A stretch of 64,000 nt of DNA, taken from NCBI GenBank assembly GCA_025057315.1, contig JANWXW010000147.1:12420-76419 (forward strand). Direction: 5' to 3'. Positions within the stretch are counted from its first letter, which is position 1. Each line of letters starts with the position of its first letter. Both the position numbers and the translations under genes were made by a program. Below are positions 46,953 through 57,890 of this stretch, in pieces. Source of the stretch: Myxococcota bacterium. Its GTDB lineage: Bacteria > Myxococcota_A > Polyangia > Palsa-1104 > JAEUJZ01. A model generated the notes under the pieces. The model did not search any database and was not told the DNA's origin. It worked only from the letters and a program-made list of their open reading frames with translations.

Positions 46953-48275
46953 ATGAAGAGGGTTCCATTCTCCTGCCGCAGCGGTGCGTGGGGCGGAGGC
47001 CTTCTGCTGCTGACCGCGGCCATGCTGGCCGGGTGGGGAGCGGCCAGGGCGCAGGGACAGGATCCCCCTCCGCTGACCTTGACCATGGAGGAGGCCTTGC
47101 GCCGGGGCGAAGAGAACGTCCCGCTGCTGGTGCGCGCCCGCAACGAGCAGCTCTTGGTGGAAGCTCGCCGGGCCGGCGCCGCTGTGCTGCAGCAGTTCAA
47201 CCCACTGGTGACCTTCATGGGAGGCTACCGGTACGAGGAGACGTCCACGCCGCCGGCCTCCGGGTTCCAATATCAGCTCCATGTGGAGCAGATGCTGGAG
47301 ATGGCCGGACAGCGCGGCACCCGCCTGCGCGCCGTGGAGGCAGCGGTGGCCGTGGCGCGGGCCAGCACTGAGTATGCTCGCACGCTGATGCGGGCGATTG
47401 TCGGGGGCTTTTATGTTCGCGCCGTTGTCGGTGAGCAGCGGCTGGCCGTGTCGCGCAGCCGAGAGGAGACTGCGCGCCGGCTGCTGGAGTCCGCACGGGC
47501 CCGGCGGGATCTGGGTGCCTCCAGCGAGATCGAAGTCAACCTGGCCCGGATCGAGGAGGGGCGGGTGGCCGCGGAGGTGACGGCGGCCAAGGTGGCGTTG
47601 GAGGCACAGCTCAACGAGCTGCGTGTGCTCTGCGCCATTCCGGCCGGCACGCCGCTGCACCTGCCGTCCTACCAGGGCGAGCCGCCGCCGCTCCCCCCGG
47701 CGTACCGGTCCGTCTCCGCTTTGCTGGATCTGGCCCTGAAGCAGCGCGCGGATCTTCTGGCCATCCGTCGACAGCGCGCGGCGCTGGAGGCCGACCGGCA
47801 ACGCTTGATCCGCGAGGCGCTTCCCAACCCCATCCTGGCCTTTGACCACCAGCGCGACCTGCCGGGTCAGGACTTTTACGGCGGGACCGTGGGCCTCCAG
47901 ATCCCCCTGTGGAACCGCAACCAGGGACCGCTGGCACTGGTCCAGGCCGCCGAGACAGCACGCCGCAACGAGGAGCGGCTGCTGCGGCTCCGCCTCGAAG
48001 CGGAGGTGTCGTTGGCGCTCAATCGACTGATGCTGCTGTCTGAACAGGCGCAGAGCTTTCGCTTGCGGGCACTGCCCCCTGCGGAACAGAATCTGGAGCT
48101 GCTTCAGCGCGGCTGGCAGGCAGGCAAGTTCGATCTGTTCCGGGTCATCGTCGCCTCGCGCGAGCTAGCCGAGACGCGCCTGCGCTACCTGGACATTCTG
48201 GATGACCTTTGGGAGGCGGCCATCGAGCTGGAGCGGTCCGTGGGCCAGCCCCTGTTTTCAGGAGGGTCGAAATGA
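46953..48275 (+). CDS. TolC-like outer membrane efflux protein (CusC/CzcC-like)
   Basis: Start ATG 46953 with signal peptide. Two OEP-like repeats. TGA overlaps the ATG of the next gene (ATGA). Confidence 0.75.
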   Translation: MKRVPFSCRSGAWGGGLLLLTAAMLAGWGAARAQGQDPPPLTLTMEEALRRGEENVPLLVRARNEQLLVEARRAGAAVLQQFNPLVTFMGGYRYEETSTPPASGFQYQLHVEQMLEMAGQRGTRLRAVEAAVAVARASTEYARTLMRAIVGGFYVRAVVGEQRLAVSRSREETARRLLESARARRDLGASSEIEVNLARIEEGRVAAEVTAAKVALEAQLNELRVLCAIPAGTPLHLPSYQGEPPPLPPAYRSVSALLDLALKQRADLLAIRRQRAALEADRQRLIREALPNPILAFDHQRDLPGQDFYGGTVGLQIPLWNRNQGPLALVQAAETARRNEERLLRLRLEAEVSLALNRLMLLSEQAQSFRLRALPPAEQNLELLQRGWQAGKFDLFRVIVASRELAETRLRYLDILDDLWEAAIELERSVGQPLFSGGSK

Positions 48276-49453
48276 GCTTCCCCCGGGTCGCACAGCTCGT
48301 GCAGGCAGCGCTGTGCCTCTGTGTCGGACTGGCTCTGGGGTGGTATCTTGCCCGCCGCAGCAGCGTGGCCGTCCCGCGGCCGCCGAGCGACCCCACCTGC
48401 AACGAGATGCGTCGCGTCTCGCTATCTCCAGCCGCGCTCAAGCACAACCCCATCGAGACCGCGGTGGTTACACGGGTGAAGCTAGCCCGGGACGTCGAGG
48501 TGGTCGGCTCCGTCAGCTACAATGCCAACCATCACGCCGAAGTCGGGCCGCTCATCGCTGGGCGCATCGTCAGCCTGCGGGTGGGCATTGGCGATCGCGT
48601 GAAGGCCGGACAGGTGCTGGCCGAGCTGGAGAGTGCCGAGGTGGGCCAGGCCCAGGCGGCGTACCTGACAGCGAGGGCGACCTCGATGGCAGCGCAGGCC
48701 AACCTGCGGCGCGAGCGCGAGTTGGCGGAGCGCAAAGTATCGTCCGAGCGCGAGAGGGAGCTGGCCGAGGCTCAGGCGGCCACGGAGCAGGCCAACCTGC
48801 TGGCGGCCACCCAGCGGTTGCGGGCACTCGGCCTGCGTCTGGAAGACATCCGTGAGCTGGAGCGCAACGGCGGACGTCCCGGCCGGGTGCCATTGGTTAG
48901 CCCCATCGACGGCACGGTGCTGACCCGGGAGGTGACCCTGGGTCAGGCTGTGCAGCCGGCCACCGATGCCTTCAAGGTGGCGGACCTGGCTCATCTGTGG
49001 GTGCTGCTGGACCTGTTCGAGAAGGACCTGCCCTACGTCCACCGGGACCAAAAGGTCGTGCTGCGCACCGAGGTGTATCCAGGGCGGACCTTCCCTGCCC
49101 GCGTGGCCTATGTCGGGCAGGAGGTGGACGAGCGCACGCGCACCACCCCGGTACGCATCGAGTTCGAAAACGAAGAGGGCCTGTTCAGGCCGGGGCAGTT
49201 CGTAACCGCCACGCTGCTGGGCGATGAGAGCCGTGCGGTGCGTGAAGTTCTGGCCGTGCCGCGTCGTGCCGTGCTGACCGTGGAGGGCAAGCCGCTGGTC
49301 TTCGTCGCCGAGAGCGACGGGACGTTCTCGCGCCGCTCGGTCGAGCTGGGCATCTCGGGCGGGGGGCTGGTCGAAATCCGCGCTGGCCTGGTCGAGGGCG
49401 AGCGCGTTGCCAGCGATGGGGGCTTTCTGCTCAAGAGCGAGCTGCTGAGGTAA
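48272..49453 (+). CDS. cusB: efflux RND periplasmic adaptor (membrane fusion protein, CusB/CzcB-like)
   Basis: N-terminal TM. HlyD_D23 / biotin-lipoyl-like and beta-barrel regions (VGSVSYNANHHAEVGPLIAGRIVSLRV). Confidence 0.75.
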   Translation: MSFPRVAQLVQAALCLCVGLALGWYLARRSSVAVPRPPSDPTCNEMRRVSLSPAALKHNPIETAVVTRVKLARDVEVVGSVSYNANHHAEVGPLIAGRIVSLRVGIGDRVKAGQVLAELESAEVGQAQAAYLTARATSMAAQANLRRERELAERKVSSERERELAEAQAATEQANLLAATQRLRALGLRLEDIRELERNGGRPGRVPLVSPIDGTVLTREVTLGQAVQPATDAFKVADLAHLWVLLDLFEKDLPYVHRDQKVVLRTEVYPGRTFPARVAYVGQEVDERTRTTPVRIEFENEEGLFRPGQFVTATLLGDESRAVREVLAVPRRAVLTVEGKPLVFVAESDGTFSRRSVELGISGGGLVEIRAGLVEGERVASDGGFLLKSELLR

Positions 49454-49456
49454 CCG

Positions 49457-52400
49457 GTGCTGGAGGACCTCGTCCGTTTTTCCGTCCGTCGGCGCGGTGT
49501 CGTCGTCATCCTGGCGATCCTGGTCGCTGCCATCGCTGCCGGGGCCGTGAGCAAGCTCTCTATCGACGCCGTGCCCGACGTGACCAACGTGCAGGTGTCA
49601 ATCCTCACCTCGGCCCCGGGGCTGTCGCCAGCGGAGGTGGAGCAATACATCACCTACCCCATCGAGACGGCCATGAACGGGCTGCCCGATGTGACCGAAA
49701 TTCGCTCCGTTAGCCGGACAGCCGTCTCGTCGGTGACGGTGATCTTCCGCGACCATGTAAACGTGTGGTTTGCGCGCCAGCTAGTCTCCGAGCGGCTGAA
49801 GCTGGCCGAGCTGGACATCCCGCCTGGCTATGGTCACCCCGAGCTGGCACCGGTCAGCACGGGCGTGGGTGAGATTTACGAGTTCTACCTGGAGTCCACC
49901 GATGGACGCCACAGCCCCATGGACCTGCGCACCCTGCTTGATTGGGTGGTGGCCTACAAGCTCCGCTCCGTACCCGGGGTCATCGAGGTAAACGCCATGG
50001 GGGGCGAGGCCAAGCAGTATCAGGTCATCGTTGACCCGAAGCGCCTGGCGGCGTACCGCGTCACGCTCGGGACGATCTACGAGATGCTGCGGCGCAACAA
50101 TGCCAACATCGGCGGTGGCTACATTGAGAAGAACCGCGAGTCCTACGTCATCCGCGGCGAGGCGCAATATCAGGACCCGCGCGACATCGGCAACACCGTC
50201 ATCACCACTGACGAGGACGGGACGCCCGTGCTGCTCAAGCAGCTGGCCACGGTCAAGCTCGGACCGGCGCTTCGGTTTGGCACCGTCACCATGCACGGCC
50301 GCGGCGAGATTGTCGCCGGGACGGTCATGATGCTCATCGGGCAAAACTCGCGCGAGGTGGTCAAAAACGTCAAGAAGAAGCTCAAGGAGATCGAGCAAGA
50401 TCTGCCTGCGGGCGTGAAGCTGCGCTCCTACTACGACCGCGCCGACTTCATCAACCGGATGCTCAAGACGGTGTTCATCAACTTGGCCGAGGGCGCGGCG
50501 CTGGTGGTGCTGGTGCTGTTCCTGACGCTGGGTACGCTGCGCGGTAGCATCATTGCGGCGCTGGCCATTCCGCTCAGCATGGGCGTGGCGGTGCTGGGCA
50601 TGGTGCAGCTAGAGGTCACCGGCAACTTGATGTCGCTGGGGGCCATCGACTTCGGCCTGCTGGTCGATGGTTCCATCGTGATGCTCGAGGCGGCCATGGT
50701 GCAGCTGATCGCGGCACAGGAGCGCCATTCCGTAGACGTGCCAGCGACGGTGGCTTATGCCATGTCGCGCTCGGCGCGGGCCGTCACCTTTGCAGTGGCC
50801 ATCATCATGCTGGTCTATCTGCCGCTGATGGCCCTAGAGGGCGTCGAGGGGCGCATGTTCAAGCCCATGGCCATCACCGTGGCGCTGGCGCTGTTTGGTG
50901 CGGTGGTGTTTTCGCTGACGGTGTTCCCGGCGCTGTCGGCCTTCTTCCTGCGGCCGCCCAAGCACGCGGCGGGCCACCACGAAGCAGGATTCTGGGGCTG
51001 GCTCAGCAAAGGGTACAGCCACCATCTGGAACGCGCGCTGAAGCGTCCGCTCGTGGTGACATCGCTGGCGGTAGGGCTGCTGGCCCTTACGGCCGTGGCA
51101 GGATCGACCCTGGGGGCAGAGTTCGTGCCGCGGCTGGAGGAGGGCCAGCTATCGCTGGACATTCGGCGCTTGCCATCCATCTCTATCAGCGAAGCGCAGC
51201 GCCTGGGCGTGCAGGTCGAGCAGGTGCTGGCTCGCTTCCCCGAGGTCAACTCGATTGTCACCCGCACCGGCCGTCCGGAAGTGGCCACCGAGCCGGTGGG
51301 GCCGGATGAGACCGAGGTCATGGTGCAGCTCAAGGAGAAGGAGGAATGGCAGACGGCTCATGATCTCGACGGGCTGGGCGAGAAGATCAAGGAAGCCGTG
51401 GAGCGCGAAGTGCCGGGCACCTTTGTGTCTGTGTCGCAGCCGATCGAGGACCGCGTGAATCAGCTGCTGGCTGGCTCCCGCGCCGACGTGGTGGTCAAGG
51501 TGTTTGGTCCCGATCTGGCTGTGTCCAAGGGGCTGGCGGACCGCATCGGCGAGATCATGCGTTCGGTGCCGGGCACTGGTGACCTGCGGGTGCAACGAGT
51601 TTTGGGACTTCCTCTGCTCAACGTCAAGGTCGACAGGCTACGCCTGGCACGCTACGGCATCCCCGCGGACGAGGTGCTGGCCATCGTCGAGGCATCGCGC
51701 GTCGGGCGAAATGTCGGCTGGGTGTTCGAAGGGCCACGGCGCTTTGACCTGACGCTCTTGCTCCCCCCTGCACAGCTTACGCCCGAGTCGTTTGGCGAGC
51801 TGCTGGTGGGCACCAGCCAGGGCCAACTCGTCCCTCTGGCGCAAGTTGCTGACATTCGAGAGAGCGAGGGTCCGGCCGTCATCAACCGCGAGGGCCTGGA
51901 GCGGCGCGTGATGGTGGAGGCGAACATCCGCGGTCGCGACCTGGTCAGCTACGTCCACGAGGCGCAGATGCGGGTGCACTCGCAGCTCAAGCTGCCGCAG
52001 GGCTATCATCTGGAATGGGGTGGTCAATTCGAGAACTTCACGCGTGCCAAAAACCGCCTGAAGTTGGTGGTGCCAATGGCTCTAGGCATCATCTTTGGCA
52101 TGCTGTTTCTCATGTTCGGGGATGCCCGCTACGCCGTCGCGGTGTTTGCTTGCGTTCCGCTGGGCGTGGTCGGTGGGGTGTTCTCGCTGCTGGTGCGCGG
52201 GCTGCCCTTCTCCATCCCAGCGGCAGTCGGCTTCATCGCGCTGTGCGGCGTGGCCGTGCTAAACGGCGTCGTGATGGCCTCCGACCTCAAGCGCCGTCTG
52301 GACGATGGCCTTCACCTGGATGAGGCGCTGCACGGCGCAGCGCAGGGCTCCCTGCGGCCGATCATGACCACGGCCCTGGTTGCTGCCATTGGCTTTGTCC

Positions 52401-52573
52401 CCATGGCCATCTCGACGCGTGCGGGGGCCGAAGTTCAGCGTCCGCTGGCCACCGTGGTCATCGGCGGCATCATATCCTCGACGGCGCTCATGCTGTTCGT
52501 GCTGCCGGTTGTACTGCGAAAGCTGGTTCGGCCCTCGGCGCAAGGGAGCCCCGCGCTGAGCACTATGGAGTGA
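49457..52573 (+). CDS. cusA: heavy-metal efflux RND pump, CusA/CzcA family
   Basis: 1038 aa. GTG start ([13 protein letters not shown]). 12-TM HME-RND architecture. Conserved TM4 region ([16 protein letters not shown]). Confidence 0.9.
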   Translation: MLEDLVRFSVRRRGVVVILAILVAAIAAGAVSKLSIDAVPDVTNVQVSILTSAPGLSPAEVEQYITYPIETAMNGLPDVTEIRSVSRTAVSSVTVIFRDHVNVWFARQLVSERLKLAELDIPPGYGHPELAPVSTGVGEIYEFYLESTDGRHSPMDLRTLLDWVVAYKLRSVPGVIEVNAMGGEAKQYQVIVDPKRLAAYRVTLGTIYEMLRRNNANIGGGYIEKNRESYVIRGEAQYQDPRDIGNTVITTDEDGTPVLLKQLATVKLGPALRFGTVTMHGRGEIVAGTVMMLIGQNSREVVKNVKKKLKEIEQDLPAGVKLRSYYDRADFINRMLKTVFINLAEGAALVVLVLFLTLGTLRGSIIAALAIPLSMGVAVLGMVQLEVTGNLMSLGAIDFGLLVDGSIVMLEAAMVQLIAAQERHSVDVPATVAYAMSRSARAVTFAVAIIMLVYLPLMALEGVEGRMFKPMAITVALALFGAVVFSLTVFPALSAFFLRPPKHAAGHHEAGFWGWLSKGYSHHLERALKRPLVVTSLAVGLLALTAVAGSTLGAEFVPRLEEGQLSLDIRRLPSISISEAQRLGVQVEQVLARFPEVNSIVTRTGRPEVATEPVGPDETEVMVQLKEKEEWQTAHDLDGLGEKIKEAVEREVPGTFVSVSQPIEDRVNQLLAGSRADVVVKVFGPDLAVSKGLADRIGEIMRSVPGTGDLRVQRVLGLPLLNVKVDRLRLARYGIPADEVLAIVEASRVGRNVGWVFEGPRRFDLTLLLPPAQLTPESFGELLVGTSQGQLVPLAQVADIRESEGPAVINREGLERRVMVEANIRGRDLVSYVHEAQMRVHSQLKLPQGYHLEWGGQFENFTRAKNRLKLVVPMALGIIFGMLFLMFGDARYAVAVFACVPLGVVGGVFSLLVRGLPFSIPAAVGFIALCGVAVLNGVVMASDLKRRLDDGLHLDEALHGAAQGSLRPIMTTALVAAIGFVPMAISTRAGAEVQRPLATVVIGGIISSTALMLFVLPVVLRKLVRPSAQGSPALSTME

Positions 52574-54053
52574 ACGTACCCAGCAGACAGGCAGCTCCCC
52601 CTTCGGGTAACCCCTTGCGCAAGGGGCGGGTGGTGATGTCGATGCCTGGACGGTGCTGGCTGACGATGGTGGCGGTGTGCACCCGGCCCCGCTCCAGCAG
52701 GCCAGGGGGCAGGGTGATGCTGGTGTTCGCGGTGCGCAGCGTTGCGACCAACGTCCGCCGGGTGTTGCCGTTGTCCTCGAAGAGACGATAGAGAAAGATG
52801 TGATAGCCGGTGGCCCTTCCCGTCGTCGGTGGGCTCCAGCTCAGGGTCGGCGTGTCGCCCACACCGGTCAGGTTCATAAACGCGTCGCGGCCGGCGAGTT
52901 GGGGCCGGACCACGGGACCAACCAGTGGCACGACGGTAGCACCGACGCGGTCCTGTTGAATCGTAAAGATGGCTCCTCGAGCCTGCCCCGCCGCGGCGCC
53001 GGGGAGCTGATAGCTGACCAAGTAGGTGCTGCCGGTGCTCGTCACCACCGTCCAGTCGGGGGAGAAGGGATGGCCATGGACCATCTCGCCGGTCTCAAGG
53101 TCGGTGGCCTCTGGCGAGGGATAGACAGCGGCCAGGATGGCGTGGGCACCGAGGTCACCATGCGCGGCGAGCTTGGGTGCGGTGAGCACCTCGTGGCTCT
53201 GCGAGAACAGGGTCGCCGATGGGTTGACCAGGGTGCGCAGCGCCTCGAACTGCGAGCGCTGCCAGGTGGCGCTGCTGCGGCGGTCCTGGGGCACCGCCCG
53301 GAAGCTGCCCGTGAGCGTCACCTGCTGGCCATCGCCCAGCGAGAAGGACGGCGCGGTATAGATCTGGCCGAGCGCCTGGTAGGCTCTCCCCTGCTGGTTG
53401 ATCCGACCAACCAGGTGGAGCAGGTGCAGCCGGTCGCCCTTGATTCCATCGATCAGATAAGGCTCGCGCGCCCGCGCCCAGTTGACCGACATGCGCAGCG
53501 ACGTCGCGCCAGGGGCCGGCGGATCCACGGCGAAGGCGTCCGTGAACTGGTCCATAGCGCCCAAGGCAGGAACATAGATGGCCAGGTTGTGGCTGGCCTG
53601 CCACGGCTGCATCTGGTCCACCTGGAACGTGATGAGGGTCGGGCTGATGGTCGGCCGGACACGATCGGGGCGGCCAAGCAGGACCTGGCCAAGATCGAGC
53701 ATGCGCGCGGACGTGACGATGTAGGTCGTGCCAAATTTGAGATAATAAGTAGTCATCGGCACGCCCAAGATCCGGAACGTCCCGTCCGCTGTCCCGCTGC
53801 CAGCGATGCGCCTGAACCCGCCACCTTCCACGGGCACCAGGGCCGCGATGTCCACCGAGCGGAGGTCGCGCGGCAGCTCGACGTCGCCCTCGAGGGTGAT
53901 GTAGGTGTCGATGGCGGTGCCGCTGACCTGCTGCAGTTCGCCGCCGCCGTCGGGCTCGCCGCCGCCATCGGGTTCGCCGCTGCCCTCGGACGGCGGGGGA
54001 CAGCCGGTAAGGCCGAGCAGCATCCCAGCCAGAGCACAGCACAGGGGCCTCAT
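52563..54053 (-). CDS. hypothetical lipoprotein
   Basis: Signal peptide plus lipobox (LLGLTGC). Gly/Glu/Pro/Asp linker. 496 aa, mostly beta-rich. 11-nt convergent overlap with cusA. Confidence 0.5.
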   Translation of the reverse strand: MRPLCCALAGMLLGLTGCPPPSEGSGEPDGGGEPDGGGELQQVSGTAIDTYITLEGDVELPRDLRSVDIAALVPVEGGGFRRIAGSGTADGTFRILGVPMTTYYLKFGTTYIVTSARMLDLGQVLLGRPDRVRPTISPTLITFQVDQMQPWQASHNLAIYVPALGAMDQFTDAFAVDPPAPGATSLRMSVNWARAREPYLIDGIKGDRLHLLHLVGRINQQGRAYQALGQIYTAPSFSLGDGQQVTLTGSFRAVPQDRRSSATWQRSQFEALRTLVNPSATLFSQSHEVLTAPKLAAHGDLGAHAILAAVYPSPEATDLETGEMVHGHPFSPDWTVVTSTGSTYLVSYQLPGAAAGQARGAIFTIQQDRVGATVVPLVGPVVRPQLAGRDAFMNLTGVGDTPTLSWSPPTTGRATGYHIFLYRLFEDNGNTRRTLVATLRTANTSITLPPGLLERGRVHTATIVSQHRPGIDITTRPLRKGLPEGGAACLLGTFTP

Positions 54054-54101
54054 CTGCAGGTCTCCTGGGGGTCCAACCCCATTTTATCCTGTCAGGCTCT
54101 G

Positions 54102-57100
54102 TCAGGGAGACAGGGGAATCACGGCCGCGCTCTCCTCGGCGGCATCGACCTGGCGAGCGTAGGCCACAAACTCGTCGTATTCAGCCGGCTCAACCCGCCG
54201 GGCGGGCAGGAAAAACTCGACATGGAGGCGCAGCGTGCTGCCCTCCAGCACCACTTGCTGGCAGAAGCGACCGAAGGTCGACAGGCGAACCTCGGGCCCT
54301 GCCCGCACTGGGCCCACGCCCCGGGGGAGCTCGACGCGTGCCTCCAGCACTACGGGCACGACGTAGCCAAGTTGGAGGGGAGAGCGGCGCGTCGGGACAC
54401 CCACATACCTTTTGGCCAGCAGCGCGGGAAAGGGCGCCGGCAGGACCAGCTCGGTCCGTCCCTGGGCCATGCGGCGCCGCGCCAGCCGGGGCGCACGGAA
54501 GGCGTACTCGACGACAAGCGGCGCGTCGTCCTCCCGCGGGCCATGGCGCAGCTGCTCCAGTGTGGCCCCCGGAAAGAAAAAGCCCAGCAAGCGCTGCTCC
54601 ACCTCCTTGTGGAACTGGTCGGCAGAGAGGCGGTCCAGTCCCTCTCGCCACTCCAGGGCCGGCCAGCCCGTGAGCCGCTCGCGCACCTGGACCTCCCCGC
54701 CCCCGTCCAGCCCCAGGCGCATGGTCATTTCAATCTGGCGACCGTCCCGCGGGATCGACAGCCCCGGCACCAGGCCGCCACCCTCCTCGGGCAGTGCCAC
54801 CTTGCCCAGCAGCGCAGCGGGTGGTCTGCTCTGCCCCAGCTGGCCGATGCGCAGGGCCGTGCCGCCACGCAGCAAGGGCCGCACCAGTCCCGTCGGAGCA
54901 TGACGGTACGCGGGATCCAGCCACAGGAGGGGATGGCCATCCGGGCCCTGGCCCGGCGCCACGGCAAGCAGCACCTCGCTGTACAGCTCGGTGGGAGGCA
55001 ACGGTCCGTCCAGACGGGGCGCGGTCACGGGACGTACGAGCCACAGCTCGACGGGAATCCCGGCCAGACGCAGCAGCGCCGCGGTCAGCAGGTGAGCGTT
55101 GCCTTCGCGCCGTGCCAGGATCGACGTTGCTGCCTCGTCCATGTCGCCGCCTGGCTTGATGGCGCGCCGCACCCAAGCGTCGATGCGTCGGACCTGCGAC
55201 ACCACACCGGCGATCCCCGTCGGTCCCACGGGACCAATGGCCTCGGCAGCAGCACGGCGCAGCTCGGCGTTGGCGCGCAGGCTCAGAAACCACCGGTCGC
55301 GCAGATAGTCGCGCCAGCCCTGGAGCGTCACGCCAGAGGCCACCCGCACAGACGGGACCCACTCTGCCAGCAGCGCCTCCGCCTGGGGCAGGTCAAGCTG
55401 AAGCCGCGGCACGCCCCGACGTGCCCAAAGGCTATGGCGCAGGTCTCCGTGTCGCTCCACCTGAGCCTGGGGTGGATCGGGCCCGCGCAGGTCGATCTGC
55501 AGCGGCATCTCCCAGGGCGTCACCAGCAGGTACTCGGTCCGGTCGAGCGCCGCATCCACCGAGGCAAAATAAAAGCGCTCGGCGAGGAACCCACCGCCGA
55601 AGGCTGCAGCTGGCTCCTCGCGGTCGATGTACTCGAACTCGACGTAGTCGCCGGCTTCTAGATCGGGTGCCGAGATGCTGTCCTTGTCTGCAAATTCCTC
55701 GGGCTCGCGGGTGGTGCCATCGGCCTTCACCGTGCGCAGGGTCAGCACCTCGGCCCCCTCAGGGAGCCGCACCTCGCCGAATCGGTCGATGCCGTCCTTG
55801 GACAGCACATGCACGATGTTGTGCGTGAGCGTCCATCGCGTCCCGTCGGGAAAGACACGGACCACCGTGCGATCGAGGACGATGACGGCGGCATCCTGCG
55901 GTGCCGTCGCCGAGCGCCGCTGGTGGTACTGTTGGATGACCTCCTGCCCGTCGATGCGGTATGCTTCCATAGGCGGTGGCACACCGAGCACCTGCAGGGC
56001 CCGATGGAGATCCTGGGATGCAGGGGCATCAGCCAAGCCCGCCCGCAGCACCGCCTCTGCCTCCTGGGATCGGCCCTGGTCGAGCAGAACATTGGCGAGG
56101 TGGACACGGTAGCCAGGGGTGGAGGGCGAACGACCGACCAGGCGCCGCAGGCACCGCTCGGCTGCAGCCAGCTCCCGCCGGGCCACGAGCACCTCGACCA
56201 ACGATACCAGAAGAGCCTCGTCATCTGGCCGGAGGCGGAGCAGACGCTCGTATTCGGCGCGCGCCTCGACGAGCCGGCCCGCGGCGCGCAGCTCCTCGGC
56301 GTATCGCTCGGTGTAAGGGTTGCATGCTGCCAGCTGGCGCGCTGCCTGCAGCGCGCCGCGTTCGTCTTTGATATCCCGGCGCGCTTCGATGCGTGCCTCC
56401 CAGGTCTCGCACGCCGATGGGGCCAGGGCCAGCGCCTCGTCCAGGGCCTGCTCTGCCTCCAGCGTCCAACCCCGTGACCGCAAGATGTGGTGTCGCAGGA
56501 GCAGCGCTTGCCAGGCCCGTTGCTGGCTGGCCGGTCTTGCATCGAGAATCTCGAGCGCCAGCTCGTCGTGATCGTCGTCGTGCTCCAGACGAGCGAGCTG
56601 GATGCGCGCCCGCAGCAGGGCGGGGTCGGCCTCCAGGGTGGCGCCCAGCAGGCGGCGGATCTGATCGCGTACGATGCGGGCCGGGCGACTGCTGTCCTCG
56701 GCAAGCAGGGCCGCCTCCAGCAGGCGCAGGGAGCTCAGGCCCGGTGCACCAGCGCGCTCGGCAGCGCTCAGACCTGCCTCGATGGCTCCCCGGATGTAGG
56801 CCTGCTGCGTCTGGAGCAGGGCGTGCGTGATCACCTCAGCTCGCTGGCGCGGCCTGGGCAGGGCCGACAGCTCCCTGGGCCACACCTGCACGGGGCCGGT
56901 GCTGGCAGCCGGCGCCCGCTCTGGCGGACCATCAAAAAAGCGCGCACCTGGCAGCGACAGCTGCAACCGCGCCCGGCCCCAGGGCATAGAGACCTTGAAG
57001 GCCAGGGCATGCCAGCCACGGGGCGCTCGGATCCACAGCATTCGCCGGCGCTCGGGCTCGGTGTCTACATACCGGATCACCCCGTCCACCGACAGGGCCC

Positions 57101-57890
57101 ACGTCTCGTTTCCGGTCTCTACCGTCAGGGGGAGGGCGCCTCCCGGGAACCAGGTCCAGGCCACGGCATAGACGACACCCCGGCGGCCGAGCGGTCCCTG
57201 CAGCGTCAGCTCGCAGCCGCGGACCTGGTGCCGCACATACCGGATGCGGGACGGGTCACGAGCCGGATCGTCCGGGGCAAAATGCCGCATGAGGTCCACC
57301 CGTGGCAGGTGTCCGTGCGGGCCGGTGCTAAATAGCACCTGTGGGCAGCCGCGGGCAGCATCCACGGCCTCGGCCTCCGCCTCGCGTCGGGCCAGCCGCA
57401 GCAGCTGCGCCGCAAGGGCCGCAAGCAGCTGTCGCGCTTCGATCGGCAGGTGAGATGAACGCCGCCACAGCCGCAGGACGCGCTCCAGATGGTCTCGTTC
57501 TTCGGCTGCCGAGCCGGGCGGCTCGCTGACCAGGGCCAATAGCCGGTGGGCGGCCATCTCCGCCGCGGCAGGTGCCCACGGATCAGCAGCACGGACGCTC
57601 TCCAGCAGACGCAGCCACCCCTGTCGGGCTAGGGCCACCTGCGCGGTATCGTGCGCCCGCAGCGCCAGACCCAGCAGGGTGCGGGCGTCCCGCAGGCCCA
57701 GAGACTCGGCCTGTCGCAGCGCTTCCTCACCAGCCTCTGGTTTGCCCAGAGAAAACTGAATCCAGCCGGCGTCTCGTAGCTCGGCGGGCGAGCCGGCATG
57801 GCGCGAGCCCTGCGGCGCCCGGTCCCTGAGCGACACCGCGGCGCAGCCGCACAGGAACAGAAGAAGCAGGCCCAGGCCGGCTCTACTCAT
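54102..57890 (-). CDS. giant TPR-repeat lipoprotein with DUF3857-like, transglutaminase-like (catalytic Cys lost) and DUF3858-like domains
   Basis: Start ATG 57890 (MSRAGLGLLLLFLCGC), 8-nt overlap with the upstream paralogue. The TGase-core position reads ARREGNAHLLTAALL instead of GDCKDKA. Confidence 0.65.
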   Translation of the reverse strand: MSRAGLGLLLLFLCGCAAVSLRDRAPQGSRHAGSPAELRDAGWIQFSLGKPEAGEEALRQAESLGLRDARTLLGLALRAHDTAQVALARQGWLRLLESVRAADPWAPAAAEMAAHRLLALVSEPPGSAAEERDHLERVLRLWRRSSHLPIEARQLLAALAAQLLRLARREAEAEAVDAARGCPQVLFSTGPHGHLPRVDLMRHFAPDDPARDPSRIRYVRHQVRGCELTLQGPLGRRGVVYAVAWTWFPGGALPLTVETGNETWALSVDGVIRYVDTEPERRRMLWIRAPRGWHALAFKVSMPWGRARLQLSLPGARFFDGPPERAPAASTGPVQVWPRELSALPRPRQRAEVITHALLQTQQAYIRGAIEAGLSAAERAGAPGLSSLRLLEAALLAEDSSRPARIVRDQIRRLLGATLEADPALLRARIQLARLEHDDDHDELALEILDARPASQQRAWQALLLRHHILRSRGWTLEAEQALDEALALAPSACETWEARIEARRDIKDERGALQAARQLAACNPYTERYAEELRAAGRLVEARAEYERLLRLRPDDEALLVSLVEVLVARRELAAAERCLRRLVGRSPSTPGYRVHLANVLLDQGRSQEAEAVLRAGLADAPASQDLHRALQVLGVPPPMEAYRIDGQEVIQQYHQRRSATAPQDAAVIVLDRTVVRVFPDGTRWTLTHNIVHVLSKDGIDRFGEVRLPEGAEVLTLRTVKADGTTREPEEFADKDSISAPDLEAGDYVEFEYIDREEPAAAFGGGFLAERFYFASVDAALDRTEYLLVTPWEMPLQIDLRGPDPPQAQVERHGDLRHSLWARRGVPRLQLDLPQAEALLAEWVPSVRVASGVTLQGWRDYLRDRWFLSLRANAELRRAAAEAIGPVGPTGIAGVVSQVRRIDAWVRRAIKPGGDMDEAATSILARREGNAHLLTAALLRLAGIPVELWLVRPVTAPRLDGPLPPTELYSEVLLAVAPGQGPDGHPLLWLDPAYRHAPTGLVRPLLRGGTALRIGQLGQSRPPAALLGKVALPEEGGGLVPGLSIPRDGRQIEMTMRLGLDGGGEVQVRERLTGWPALEWREGLDRLSADQFHKEVEQRLLGFFFPGATLEQLRHGPREDDAPLVVEYAFRAPRLARRRMAQGRTELVLPAPFPALLAKRYVGVPTRRSPLQLGYVVPVVLEARVELPRGVGPVRAGPEVRLSTFGRFCQQVVLEGSTLRLHVEFFLPARRVEPAEYDEFVAYARQVDAAEESAAVIPLSP